Shown: positions 12,500 through 26,105, numbered from the stretch's first letter. The stretch: 64,000 bases of DNA from Centroscyllium fabricii (GCA_051313645.2 JBNRSN020000016.1:123256001-123320000), one strand, 5' to 3'. Numbers and translations are program-made. Notes: a model not told the origin generated them from the letters alone.

Positions 12500-12634
12500 G
12501 TGTCTCCGATGGAGAAGAACGTCAATGAGACGATTTGCTCACTCAAGTTTGCCCAGAGAGTGCGCTCGGTGGAACTGGGGGCTGTGGTACGAAGGGCCGA
12601 GAGCCAGCACTGTTCCAGCCGCCAAGACTATGAG
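12500..12634 (+). CDS. KIFC3: KIFC3 exon, end of motor domain
   Basis: ccgcag acceptor, gtaacg donor; VSPMEKNVNETICSLKFAQRVRSVELGAVVRRAESQHCSSRQDYE. Confidence 0.94.
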
Positions 12635-14512
12635 GTAACGAACACTTCATTGCCTAATACTCTCTGGGAACGGGGTGTGTAAATGGGTGTGGCTTGAACA
12701 GTTTGCTGTGGGAGAGACATCGCAGGATTGGAGTCTTGAATGGAAAGGGAAAATGATACTGAAAATAACTTGGATTTAGTGAATTTAAAATTTGTATGGG
12801 AAATATTTGCTGAGGTGCCACTTCCCTCCATTACTCCTCTCTGGAAATACATTCTGTGTACTGGTTACCCTGTGCAAGAGAGAATTTCCTGATATCAGTC
12901 CTATATTATCCTTTTTACTAGTTTGAACCCGTGATCTTGTCCTGCTGCCACTGATTTACCTTTTGCCATTCCCTTCACTATCTTTTATGCAGCTGCAAGA
13001 TGATCACTCAGATGCTTCTTTTTCTAGATGGAGGAGCCCAAGATTCTCTAGACTTTCCTCATAACTCAGACCTCCGACACCAGCAATGAGCCTCCAGCAG
13101 CTGAACGTCTCCCTTGTGTCTCATTGACCAGGCTGGACAGATGTAGTGTGACTGGAGCACTCTGCAGTTTGATCATGACCTTCTCTGACTTGTGTTCCAC
13201 TGTTTTGGTTGTGCAGTTCAGCATTCTGATGACTTTATTGATCACTGCTCTGCATTGGTTGGACACCTTGAGCACCAATTCTACAAAGATGGGTCAAAAT
13301 CCTGGAACTCCCTCTCTAACAGCACTGTTGGGAGTACCTTCACCACACGGACTGCAGCGGTTCAAGAAGGCGGCTCACCACCTTCTCGAGGGCAATTGTG
13401 AATGGGTAATAAATGCTGGTCAAGCCAGCGACGCCCACATCCCATGAACAAATAATTTTTTTTAAAAATCCCAAGTTTCTCTTGACTTCATCCATGGTTA
13501 TTTCAGCACCATTTCTGAAGTATACACAACACTCATTTTTCCTTCCTATGTGGAGCACTTGAAATTTAGTGTACTCCCATTTAATCTCACATCACAATTT
13601 GACTGATTTGCATTGACGTTCTGAATTTGTCATTGGTGTAAATTAGAAACAGTAGTGATCCCAGTACTGAGCCCTGGTGCATACATCTTTTATGGTTCTC
13701 GCCCCTTCTCTGACTGCTGCCTTACTGTTTTCGTACTGAATTTTTTTTTGTAACTATTTTACTTCCGCCACATGCTTTATTTTTTCCCCTCTCTCATTCT
13801 TGCCCTTCTGATCAACCTTCTAGATGTTCTTATCCCAATGAATCCCATCTACCTGCAGAATTTGTAAAGGACATTTATCCTCTTTATTTCCCCTGTTAAT
13901 CCATTTTCGGGTCACATTTATTTTAGTCTGAGCTTGCTAATTTCTAGGTATGTATTCATCCTGTGTGCTCAGCATTATTCCTTTAAAGGTGTTCCACTTA
14001 TCCTCTGCTGAAATGTTGAACCTCCTTCAATCCATTTCCATTAGTGATCTCAATTTCTTTGAATTGTAGCTCTGTGTTTTTTTTTACACCTAGTGCTTCG
14101 TAGGTGAAATATCTGAATTACAGATCATATTAAATGTGATCATTCTGTAGTTGCTGTCCTCCAAGCTACGATTTCAATGTCCTGCATACTGTCTGAATTA
14201 TTAACAAATGGCAGGTCACGATGAGCACAGAAAATTGTGGCTTCCTTGACGCACTGAGTCACAAAGCAGTCATACATTACATTTACCAGCTGTTTCCATT
14301 CAGTGTCATGTGAAATATTGCAGAGTATATCATGCAGTACGCTAACATGTTAGCAGTGATGCTGTCTCTGTCTCAGTGTACTGGTGGGAGTGGAGGAGCT
14401 TCTTGATCGCCAATGCAAGTGAAGTTCTATTAGGGGTCTGGTTCGAGAGTATGTCGTCACGTGGAGATAGGGGGCCTCAGCCTCGGGCTGATGTGTGTAT
14501 TTTCTTTTACAG

Positions 14513-14621
14513 TCAGAGTCGTCCCCTGCAGCTGCCCAACACGGACGGCTCAACACCAACCATCCAGGAGGAAGCGCTGTGGGGAAAAGCACAGCAGGGA
14601 AAAGAAGACTGATGGCATCGG
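14513..14621 (+). CDS. KIFC3: KIFC3 C-terminal tail exon
   Basis: Strong pyrimidine tract + AG, GT donor; SESSPAAAQHGRLNTNHPGGSAVGKSTAGKRRLMAS resembles the RRKLQPS tail of KIFC3; frame-compatible. Confidence 0.75.
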
Positions 14622-15379
14622 GTACAGCAATCCTGCACTTATCTTTTTGGGGGGTGATGGGGGTATGGTTGGATTAGCCCCATTGTACCGACTCAACCAA
14701 TTTCAACCAGCCATTGGCATCATAGTTGACACTGGGTGCTTCTGTTAGGTGTGATGTTGATCGGATTCGAACCATGTGGAGGACATGTGGAACAACATTG
14801 CTTCACTCGGGGGAGGTGTCAGTACAAGAAGCCATGCTGCTGACCAGACCTACTTCTTCCACAACCAGTTCCAAGTCCCGGGTCCAACTCTCAGCCATGA
14901 CTCCCACACTCTGGCTAATCTCAGCCAGCCAGTCGCCTCAAGGAATCCCAGAAACCCACCAGGACTTCTGGCCCACTACTGTCCCCCCTCGTGTCATCTC
15001 TGCTTCGACGTGGGATCGGAATAGACTATTTGACTCATTCTGTTTCATATAGGGCCTATGTTGTGGATGTGTACAAACTATATTTTTTTCTCTTTAATGC
15101 CTTGCTGTCCGACCTTTGGCCCCTCCGAGGGACATGAACAGATTCACTTTAATATAGAATCAGCTATATCTGCTCCATAAGCTCAGTTCTCTGGAAAAAC
15201 CTGAATGCAAATCACATCAGTTTAGAATTTATTTTCAAATGAAGTGATATACCTTTATAAATGATTTTGAAATTTGATGGTTTATCTCCAGCTATAAAGT
15301 GTTCCTTTCACTACCCTGCCCTCTCCCGTCCCCCAACCCTTTCTAGCTAGACCTCGCTTGCCAGAGCTGCTCAGTTTTT

Positions 15380-16912
15380 TAAATTCATTCCTGGGATGTG
15401 GGCGTCGCTAGCATTTATTGCCCATCCCTAATTGCCCTTGAGAAGGTGGTGGTGAGCTGCCTTCTTCAACCACTGCAGTCCGTGTGGTGACGGTACTCCC
15501 ACGGCGCTGTTAGGGAGGGAGTTCCAGGAGTTTGACCGAGCGACGATGAAGGATCAGCGATATATTTCCAAGTCAGGATGGTGGGTGACTTGGAGGGGCA
15601 CTGGGAGGTGATGGTGTTCCCATGCGCCTGCTGCCCTTGTCCTTCTAGGTGGAAGAGGTTGTGGGTTTGGGAGGTGCTGCCGAAGAAGCCTTGGCGAGTT
15701 TCTTCAGTGCATCTTGTAGATGGTACACACTGCAGCCATGGTGCGCCGGTGGTGGAGGGAGTGAATGTTTAAGGTGGTGGATGGGCTGCTTTGTCCTGGA
15801 TGGTGTTGTGCTTCTTGAGTGTTATTGCAGCTGCACTCATCCAGGCAAGTGGAGAGTATTCCATCACATTCCTTACTTGTGCCTTGTAGATAGTAGAAAG
15901 GCTTTGGGGAGTCAGGAGGTGAGACACTCGCCACAGAATACCCAGCCTCTGACCTGCTCTTGTTGCCACAATATTTATGTGGCTGGTCCAGTTAAGTTTC
16001 TGGTCAATGGTGACCCCCAGGATGTTGATGGCAGGGGATTTGGCGATGTTAATGCCATTGAATGTCAAGGGGAGGTGGTTAGACGCTCGCTTGTTGGAGA
16101 CAGTCATTGCCTGGCACTTCTGTGGCGTGAATGTTACCTGCCACTTATCAGCCCAAGCCTGAACGTCGTCCAGGTCATAGATACATAGATGATAGGAGCA
16201 GGAGTAGGCTATTCGGCCCTTCGAGCCTGCTCCGTCATTCAATGAGATCATGGCTGCAAGTGGGCATGGATTGCTTCATTATCTGAGGAGTTGTGAATGG
16301 CACTGAACACTGTGCAGTCATCAGCGAACATCCCCATTTCTGACCTTATGTTGGAGGGAAGGCCATTGATGAAGCGGCTGAAGATGGTTGGACCTAGGAC
16401 ACTGCCCTGAGGAACTCCTGCAGCGATGTCCTGGGGCTGTGATGATTGAACTTCAATCACCACAACTACTTTCCTTTTATGCTAGGTAAGACTCCAGCCA
16501 GAGGAGCATTTTCTCCCCGATTCCCATTGACTTCAGTTTTACTAGGGCTCCTTGATGCCAGACTCAGTCAAATGCTGCCTTGATGTCAAGGGTAGTCACT
16601 CTCACCGCACCTCTGGAATTCAGCTCCTTTTGTCCATGTTTGGACCAAGGCTGTAATGAGGTTTTGAGCCGAGTGGTCTTGGTGGAACCCAAACTGATCA
16701 TTGGTGAGCAGGTTATTGGTGAGTAAGTGCTGCTTGATAGCACTGTCGAATACATCTTCCATCACTTTGCTGATGATTGAGAGTAGACTGATGGGTTGGT
16801 AATTGGCCGGATTGGATTTGTCCTGCTTTTTGTGGACAGGACATACCTGGGCAGTTTTCCACATTGTCGGATAGATGCCAGTGTTGTAGCTGTACTGGAA
16901 CAGCTTGGCTAG
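15380..16912 (-). mobile_element. CR1/L2-clade LINE (second family), decayed RT, with a short CR1 tail inserted at about 16175-16255
   Basis: ORFs 16586-17038, 16248-16463 and 15769-16251: PISLLSIISKVME, GVPQGSVLGP, MFADD. Confidence 0.9.
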
Positions 16913-17289
16913 TTGACCTTGGTATGGGCCCACATCATGAAGTAGTTCCATGGGATCCAACACCGATGGAGATTCTGATCTGTTGTCGTGATTGAGGAGA
17001 ATGAGTCCTAAACATAAATAGTGCCTGACTAGTACCACAGGGTCAGATCAGAGGAAGGAGAAAAAGCTGCCTTGGAGCAGGCTGCAGATTGGTGCTAAAC
17101 CTTGATTTGGCAAACCAAATACTGTATTGGGATGTGTCGGCCCCCCACAGCTATCAATAGGCTCGATACCATCTTAACCTTGCTGTCTGGTATTCCCCTG
17201 GCCTTTCCACAGATTCTAGGCTCAAATGCCATGTTGAGCTTGTTAACTGTCTATTGCCCCAATAAAGAACAGTCGGCTGTAGAGAAATA

Positions 17290-17705
17290 AAAAGACTTGC
17301 ATTTATATAGCGCCTTTCACGACATCATGATGTCCCAAAGTGCTTCAGTATTATAGTCACTGTTTTAATTTAGGAAATGCGGCAGCCAATTTGTGCACAG
17401 CAAGCTCCCACAAACAGCGATGTGATAATGAGCAGATAATCTGCTTTTTAGTGATGTTGGTTGAGGGATAAATATTGGCATGGGGAACCCCCTGCTCCTC
17501 TTTGAATGGTGACATGGAAGGCAGACGTGACCTCGGTTTAATGTCTCACCCGAAAGACGGCACCTCAGACAGTGCAGCACTCCCTCAGTACTGCGCTGGA
17601 GTGTCGGCCTAGATTTTTTGTGCTCAAGTCTCTGGAGTGAAACTTGAACCCACAATCTTCTGATTCAGAGGCGAGGGTGCTGCCCACCAAGCCACGGCTG
17701 ACTCT
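17290..17705 (-). mobile_element. Deu-domain SINE, near full length
   Basis: tRNA-like head on the - strand (GTGGGTTCAAGT), Deu-like core, TATAAATGCAAG tail. Confidence 0.75.
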
Positions 17706-18494
17706 CAAGATATCCGGTGTCTTTCTACCCAGCCACAGCTTCCCCATTATTGTTTGAAAGGGGTAAAAGGATTTCAGTGCGTGGGATGGGGAGGACCTCA
17801 TCTTCCCTTTCTTCCAATTCTCAAGAAAATAATCTGTGTCTGGACTCCTGGGGAGAGAGAGAGCGAAGGTGCCTGCCTGCCTGTGGGAGCCTCCAACTGG
17901 AGCCTATGAGGATAGATTTGCCCAAGTATGTATCGCACGAACCTTTTATGGGTAACATCTACAAACCACACAGCTGCCACAGCAATGAGCAGTGGTTGGA
18001 TCTGATGTTTGTGCAGGCTCTACTGCCAATGCTTGTTATCCTGGCATGGGGTGTCCAGTCTCCCTACAAGCTAAATTCCCTTCACTGGGAAATGTTTCTT
18101 TGAATTTGTGAAGACACAGGTGTACAACTTGTAAGATAGCAAACACTCAAAAGTCAGCCCATGCATGACTGTGCCACCGCCTCCCCCTTACCCGCAAAGA
18201 CTCACCGTGATACTGGGTCAAACTCCCTACCTAACAAACCACTTGGGACCACCTCCACCCCATGGACTGCAGCGGTTCAAGAAGGCCCACCACCATTCTC
18301 GAGGGCAGCTCGGGGTGGGCAATAAGTCCTGGCCTTGCCAGAGCCACCCACATCCTGAGTGAATTTCTTTTTTAAATCCTCCCAAGACTATTTCATATGG
18401 CTGAACTGGCTTCACACCAAGCTTAGGTTAGGTGACATTTTGCTTCGAGCGTGGATTTAAGAGTTATATTCTGTAACTTGTTTCTCAGAGGCTT

Positions 18495-18787
18495 CTGTGC
18501 TGTTACTGTTTCTCAGACAAAGAGAGCTCCCCCTGTGTATCGGCTTAAAAACTGGGTTCCTCTTTGTTCGTGTAGCGCAGCACCCTAATTACACCTCGTC
18601 CTATAGTATCCAAACTCCGTATATTAGTGCCACCCAAACCGAGGGAACACTGGAACTGACCTCTGTCTTGCCAAATCCATCGTTTCTTGCTGCCACCCCA
18701 CTTGCTTCAGGGACTTAAAAAATCTGCACCAAAAGCAAAATTTCACTGAAAGCTGCTGTAAGCGTATTTGTCGCCGTGTAAAGCCAA
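18495..18787 (+). repeat. About 290-bp diverged direct repeat, copy 1
   Basis: Colinear with 20235-20528. Confidence 0.9.
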
Positions 18788-18973
18788 GCTAGAAACCCCT
18801 TCATTTGGGATGTTTTCTTTTTTCCACTTGTAATTTGTTTGCTAAACACTTGCTTTATTACCGAGGCTAAGTTTTGTTTAATTTTAAAATTCTTTTAAAT
18901 GTCAAGTTTTGATAAATTGCTCATTGTGTCTCCTCGATGTGGCTTAGCTGATCTGTGCACATTTTCCCTGCAG

Positions 18974-19020
18974 GTGAAGTAAACCATCGACAAGGTCCGG
19001 CTGCGATGGCTGCTCTCTGA
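18974..19020 (+). CDS. KIFC3: Probable KIFC3 terminal coding exon (GEVNHRQGPAAMAAL*), followed by about 2 kb of 3' UTR
   Basis: ttttccctgcag acceptor, correct phase 1, TGA at 19018-19020, UTR-like AT/TGTA-rich sequence follows; no homology support recognised. Confidence 0.5.
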
Positions 19021-20234
19021 GGCTGCCTGGAGTAGTGGGAGATGGGGAGTGGTACCCTGTTCCAGTGTACAAAGTCCAGCACTTCTCCAGTCACAGACCG
19101 TAGGCCATTGCCTGTACATTTATATACTTAAGCCTGTACATGTATACAGCCCGTTTTAAAAAGTTGATGCACAGAGTAGAGCTCATTACTTATTTTTTTA
19201 TATATATATATATATATATAAAGATTTTTTATATTGTCTACATTTTTAAATGTCATTTGATATCCAAAGGTTGGTGTTCAGTGAGCTCCAGTACAAAAAC
19301 CTTGTCCTTTTTATTTTATGTTCTGATCCATATACTGACTACTTTTTGCACTGCAAACCTTGGGCAGTTAGCGGTCACTACGGGTGCGGCCAATGTACTA
19401 CGTATTGAATTTGGTGAGGTCAGAGGGGAGTTCAGCGCAGTACGGTCTTACCGAATAAGCGGAAGACCCCACTCACCGAGGCACTGACTGCTGCCACCAA
19501 GTTGCTACTTAAGACTTTGGTGCCTTTCTCTCTCTTTTCACTTCCTCCCCATCTCAGTGCCTCATGGGCAAGGCCATTCTGGTTCATGACTAAATGCACG
19601 GTGTTGTGGTACTAAGCCGTGCAGACCCGAGATCCTGTGTATGAACTCCAGACTGTGCCGAGTTGGTCTTTGTCCAGGTGCGTCAGTGTCTCTGACGGAG
19701 AAAGTTGTCCAGAATTTCTGCTCTGTTTTGAGCATTTCCTTATTTTCCCCAAGTGTTTGTGGAGAAGATGAAACTCACTTGTGATACCTCGAGGGAAAAG
19801 GGCCAGCACTTGCTGCCGTGAGAGTGGCAGGTGGAGGGTGACCAGTTGGAGAGATTGACCCCAGCAAGGGTCACCATCAGAAGAGGTGCAAGGAGGAAAC
19901 ATGGGGCAGGGGTGCCGGTGTGGTGAGGGGGGAGGCAAAGTAAAGGGCGAGTCTTGCCATCAAGGTACTAATTTAAATCTTTGGAACATTGTCACAACTT
20001 TTTTCCCATTTCCCTGTGGTTTTTGATGGCGGCTGATTTAAAATAAGCCTGGGTGGGATCAGGCAAGGGTTCACATTTAAGCCAAAGTTCGTTTGGCCCT
20101 TTAAAGCAGCTGCCTCCCACTGGCCGAGTCATAGAAGGCAACAAGCTATCCTATTTATTTTGTAAAATGGACAGACAAAAGTATGTTGATAAACCAAAGG
20201 AAGTTGATATTTTGTGTAACTTGTTTTTTGGCGG

Positions 20235-20528
20235 CTGCTGTACTGTTACTATTCCTCAAACAGAGCTCCCCCTGTGCACCTAGCTAAAAACTGGGTTCCC
20301 CTTTCTTCATGTAGCACAGCACCCTAATCACACCTCATCCTATAGTATCCAAATTCTGTATATCAGTGTCACCCAGACCAAGGGGACACTGGAACTGACC
20401 GTGTCTTGCCAAATCCATTGTTCCTCACTGCCACCCCACTTGCTTCAGGGACTTTTAAAATCGGAGCTAGAAGCAAAATGTCACCTAACCTAAAAGCTGC
20501 TGTAAGAGTATTTGTCTGTGTAAAGCCA
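20235..20528 (+). repeat. About 290-bp diverged direct repeat, copy 2 (in the putative KIFC3 3' UTR)
   Basis: Colinear with 18495-18787. Confidence 0.9.
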
Positions 20529-21062
20529 ATAATAATAGCCAACTTGTTGTCTGAGTGCTTTTAAATTTAATGTATATAATTTTTCCAGCCATCCTTCCAT
20601 TTTTAGTTAGGTGGTGAGAGTTTTGCTGTCCAAGGCAGCTTCTTCCTGTTATGCTTAGCATGAAATGTCTTGCTTTCAAAGAGTTGAACTCTTTCAATGT
20701 TCCTCTCCTAGATGTTAGCATTCTGGGTTGGAAAACGAGCAAGGTTGTTCCCCCACTGCCCCTGTGGTTGTGGTTGAGGAACCCAGAACCAAAGTGACAG
20801 CACCTGTTGGCGAGAAAGCTTCCAAGCACTGGTGTACTCCAGAGAATCGGTCTGTTTCAGTAATGAATGTTCACATTGCTCAGGGTGACTGATTGCTCAG
20901 AAATGTTTAGTGTTGATTCTAATGTTTTTTGGGGGGCATTCTGGTTTGTCTATAAAAATTCCAGTTTGGTTCTTTGCAGTATTGAGAATCTTGATCACTG
21001 GCTCAGTGCAAATGTAATGTTTGGTAAAAGTTTCAAAGTATGTTGCTGCCTATTCAATTTCA

Positions 21063-21068
21063 AATAAA
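21063..21068 (+). terminator. Candidate KIFC3 polyadenylation signal AATAAA
   Basis: Canonical hexamer at the end of the UTR-like region, facing the KATNB1 signals. Confidence 0.5.
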
Positions 21069-21079
21069 GTCCAGTATTC

Positions 21080-21268
21080 TTTATTCAACAACAGTAATGC
21101 TTTTAAACCAATTTTACCAGGGTCTTTTAATTTAAAACAATTCAGATGTGATTGTATAACTGTGTCCAGTAAAGGTGATCATTGGCCACTGGGCTGGGAG
21201 GGGAGAGAGAAAGAGCACGAGGCAGCAGCACTGATGCAGTTTGCTAAAGCTCTTCAAATAAGTTTATT
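21080..21268 (-). terminator. Candidate KATNB1 polyadenylation signals (AATAAA on - strand at 21263-21268 and 21080-21085)
   Basis: TTTATT on + strand about 1.6-1.8 kb past the KATNB1 stop. Confidence 0.5.
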
Positions 21269-22882
21269 ATTGTGAAGACTATAAAATTCATATATACATA
21301 TAGAAAATAACATTTTCCAGAAGCACAACCTGAAGTTTAAATGTACAATGGTGCAGCAGAATTTGGTAAAACTCTGAATGTCAAACAGAAAATGATACAG
21401 CCTCCTGTTGAGACACCTGACAGGCGGGCACAGGGCACGCTATGAATAACTTCTCTCACAATGCACTGTTACGAAGCTCAAACATCACAATTGGTGAGTA
21501 ATCAAATATTCAGCTAGGTGATATGTTGATTTATACCTGCTTCTGGGCCATGGATGAGTCATCACGTCAAGACTCCTCAACAATCAGCCCTAAAACAAAG
21601 TTTGACAGGATCATTCAACCAGGTCACAATGTAATGGTGGGCTCCTGATTGGCTGGTTTTCAGGGGGGGGGGGGGGCTGCTAAACTTGCATGGATTGGAT
21701 TGCTATTCCAGAATGGGCAGCAGAAACAGGCATAACTTGTTTTGAGGTGGGGATTGTTGGTCAAGTAAAAAAAATAGGGAAGAAGTAAGAGACAAAGATG
21801 TTAATACAATAAAAAAGGTATCAGCACCTGTAATGATTTCAGCCTTGGTGTAAAGAAGTTAAATCTTGGAAGATGTAAAATGAGCAACCATGACATTCAC
21901 ACAGCAGGAACAACTTCCACAGCTATTTCTAAACATGGGCAGGGCTTGCCCTGTATGCGTGCTGCAGCATTCAGTTTGAAATTCCCAGTGCCATTCAAGC
22001 AGTGTAGACATTTGATGGCATTGTTAGAGAAGTTCTGCTATGCTACAGTTAATCTGTCACTGCAGCCAACAGGAAACCAAATTGGACAGTTCACGACAAG
22101 CAACTTTTACAAAGTAACTTCAATACCGTGTAACAGCTGGTGAACTGTTACACTGCGATCCACTGAACAGATGCTTCACACAAAGGACCAAAGACTATTA
22201 AAGTAATGATAGATCCTGCTTCACACTCAATACAGTAGGAAACAGTGAGAGACAAGTTCCTTGAGGCTAAAGGAGAATATCCCAGGTAATATACTTTAAA
22301 TAAACCCAACTTGTTCTGATTATATATTTAAACCCAAGGACAGTTATTCAGGCAACAAGCTCATAACACTATGGAGATCACCATTTACCTGCAGACTAGG
22401 GTAGAATGACAATCACCAAGATCAGCAGGGCTGGGCCTATATATGTACTGAATGGCTTCACGATAGAACAAATCTGGCTATGAAATGTTAACTGATTAAT
22501 TAGGATCAGAGAGATTTGAGCTCATTTCAACCTCAATGTATAAATAGAAAACAGAAAGGGACTTAAAACAAGTCAACATGTTAACAATTCAAAACGTGTC
22601 ACTAGAATCGCAATCCCTAGCAGCCATCACATTGCTATTAACAGGGATGGACTCTCAACCAACAGCAGTTTCCCCAGCTCTCCTTTTTGGTATTTACAAT
22701 GAGGAGAAACTTTGTTCCCTGCAGTTTACAAAAAAAACTCGAGGCACGTGCATCTTGGCCAATACATGTTTGAAATTCTAAATTTTGGAAAACTTTAATT
22801 GGCATCATTCATCAGTAGTGTCTGCAACTGGATATCAATTAACCAGAGGGAGTGTTCAATGACAAATCTACGGAGAACGTGG

Positions 22883-23015
22883 TTATTCAAAAGCTGCCAT
22901 TAGAAGCTGCAGTTCACGAAAAGCACTGCCTTGACGACCAGGCAGCCCTGCTTTACTCTGAAGAATCGGGAGCAGGTTTTTAAACTGCTTGTAACAAAGC
23001 TTACATTTCTGGTGC
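22883..23015 (-). CDS. KATNB1: KATNB1 last coding exon
   Basis: ctttctcag acceptor; RHQKCKLCYKQFKNLLPILQSKAGLPGRQGSAFRELQLLMAAFE* matches the katanin p80 C-terminus. Confidence 0.93.
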
Positions 23016-25647
23016 CTGAGAAAGGAAAGGGTGGAAAAATGAGTCACAGACACACCAAGACATTTAAAGATAAACAAGAACTTGCATGCATTTTGTAATT
23101 TTATCCAACTTTCCCCATTGCCTGATAAATTAGTCTCTTCTCTCCCCATTCTTGTAAATTACAACTGAATGGTCAGCCAACTCTCCCAGTCTCAATGGGA
23201 AGCGCATTACAACACAAGAATAGTGCATCATTGACGCCTTATCTAAGGAAGCTGGACCTGTGGGAGAGATTTTCCTAATTGCCTTTGAACCTGGCAAATG
23301 ATGAAACATCTGCCATGAACAGCATATGACTTGCATTTGGAATGCAGTAGTTGGGAGTATGTGCATTGACAAGAGGCAGGGAAGGTACAATGAATGGCCA
23401 GCATAGGCAGACAGAGCCCAAAGACACTTCATACAGTCTTGAACCTGTCCAATGATTGGGTGGGAGAGTAAGAGAGGAACTAATATTGAAGGGAATCGAT
23501 AACCAGGTCAGAAGACTTGTCTGGACATACTTGTGCAAAGCCAACCTTAACACAATCTTCTTGTGGAAAAATCTAGCTGTGACTGGGAATTTCATCAACA
23601 GAATATTGGCCTGATGTGATAAAAAGATGGATTGTCTCGTTGTATTGTACCAGTACTCTGCAATGACAATAAAAATTGAATTGAATTGAGTGTTTTTATT
23701 TGGTGCCTTACACCAAATGGCACCAGAGTATGTTGCAACTGTGCGCCTCTTCAAAAAGACACGCTATGCCAGGAAATTATAGACCCGTTATCTTACGTTA
23801 GTTGGTAAATTAGTTTATAAAATCAAATGAAATTACTAAGCACTGGAGAAAGAAATTAGATCAGGTCCAGGAAGCACAGATTTCTAAAGATAGGTTGTGT
23901 TTCACGTACCTTACGGAATTCTTTCAAAAACTAACAAGAAGATAAAGAAAATGCATCAGATGTGATTTATATATAGATTTCCAAAACTTTTGATAAGGTA
24001 CCACATGAGACTTATGGTCAAGATAATCCCATGTGGAATTAAGAGGAATGTGGCCATATGAAGAGAGATGGTTGGAGAGCAGATAGAAAAGAGCAACGGT
24101 AAAAAATGTTTCTTTGCTTGGAAAGATGAGACGACTGGTCTTCCACAAGGGCCTGTTATTTATTATATAAATGACCTGGGTTTAGGAATTGAGGATTTAT
24201 CATCAAAATGTGCTGACACCACCAAATGAAAGAATGGGAAATTGCAACAAGGCTTGCAAAATATTGTAGGAGGATATTGATGGACTCGGATAGGCAGTAG
24301 ATGTAGTTCAATGTAGAAGAATATGAAGTAATGGCTCAGAATTTGCTGAAGAAACATGTCGTTACTAATGCGCAAATCAGTCAGCAACTTGTAGCGAGGA
24401 GGAGATATCCCAGAATTGTGAATCGTTACAAGTTGCTGGACGATTTGTGTCGCTCCGCTGTTAACTTTGCAAAAACGGCATCTCGCCCTTAACCTCCCCG
24501 TGGGTTTCATGAGGTTGCTGCATTTGCATATTACCCATTAACCTCACCACAGAAAATCAAGTAATTAACAGCGCAAGTACCCTTTCAACAACATGATAAT
24601 TGTGAACGACTGCCAATCAACCGCTGTAGTCCAGAAAATTAAAATTAAAAGTGTGGTGTCGCATTCCTTCAGGTTGGGAATTTTTGTTGGGCGATTTTAA
24701 AAATGTCAATTTAAAAAAAATTTTTTTTTTTTTTTTTTTTAAACCCTCTCATTTTCTCTCTCAATCCAATCTTTCTTTCCTTCTTTATCTCTCTGTACCT
24801 GATTGGACATTGAATTAACCCACTCCAATTCACCTTCCTTTTCAGTCCTCCCTGTTTGTCAATCCTTTAAGCTCATTGGTTAAGGAGATAAACAGTTTGT
24901 CCCGTTGTTCACCAGGGTCCCAGTTGCCCTGGCTGCGCCGTTATCAGCTCGCACTTCCAGCAACTCTGGGCAAAAAATTTTAAAAACCTAAACATGCACA
25001 AAAAAGTCTAACTGATGGGCGGGGGCATGCCACGAGATGTCCCGCTTCAATAAAACCTGGGCCAATATATTTTGGAGGTACTAGACAAAGAAATTGCATC
25101 TTAAATGGTAAGATTTTAGATTGAGAAGAGCTTGTGCAGAAACAGGCTGTTGAAGACGGCAGCACAAGTGAGTAAGGCTGCAAAAAACAAACAAACAGAA
25201 TCCTTAGGTTTTGTATCTAGGGGTTGCAATACAAAAAGCACTGGGGTAATGTTAAACTTGCACCAGGGCTGCAGTTGGAATATTGTGCGGGGCTCTGGGC
25301 ACCCTAATATAGCACGGATATGAAACCAGTGGTAAAGTTCAGTGCAGAGTCACTGGGATGTGACCAGGGATGAGGGGTTACAGTTGCAGAGCCATGAGAA
25401 ATTAGGGTTTCTTTCCCCATTAGAGTTGAGAAGGCGAAGGAGGGTCACTGATTATCTCATCATCCTTTATAATCCTGACGAGCACAAACAGTTTGTAATG
25501 GCTGGCAACATGTGAACAAATGGACACAAATAAAGATAATCAAAAAATTGAGATGATGTTAGATGAAATTTCTTTACAGAGGGTGGTTAGAATGAGAGTA
25601 TGTGAATTCTCTACCAAAAACAGTCCATAAATTATGTTAAAAGGGAA

Positions 25648-26105
25648 GACGGTGGCGTAGTGGTTATGTCACTAGACTAGTAAGCCAGAGGCTCAGTCAT
25701 AATGCTCTGAGGATATGGGTTCAAATCCCACCACGGCAGCTGGTGGAATTTAAATTCAGTTCAATTTAATTCTGGAATTAAATGTTAGTCTTAGCAATGT
25801 GGCAACCATGATACCATTGTCAATTGTTGCAAAAACCCATCTGGTTCACTAATGTCCTTTAGGGAAGGAAATCTGCCGTCCTTACCTGGTCTGGCCTACA
25901 TGTGACTCCAGACCCACAGCAATGTGGTTGACTCTTAATGCCCTCTGAAATGGCCTAGCAAGCCACTCAGTTGTAAACAACCACGACAAAAAACAATAGG
26001 ACTGCAGCGGTTCACCACCATCTTCTCAAGGGCAATTAGGGATGGGCACTAAAATGCAGGCTTAGCCAGCCAGCGACGCTCACAGCCCATCAATGAATAA
26101 AAAAA
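25648..26105 (+). mobile_element. tRNA-derived SINE sharing its 3' tail with the second LINE family
   Basis: GGTGGCGTAGTGG A box, GGTTCAAATCC B box, tail GGACTGCAGCGGTTC...GGGCAATTAGGGATGGGC as at 29455-29560. Confidence 0.8.
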
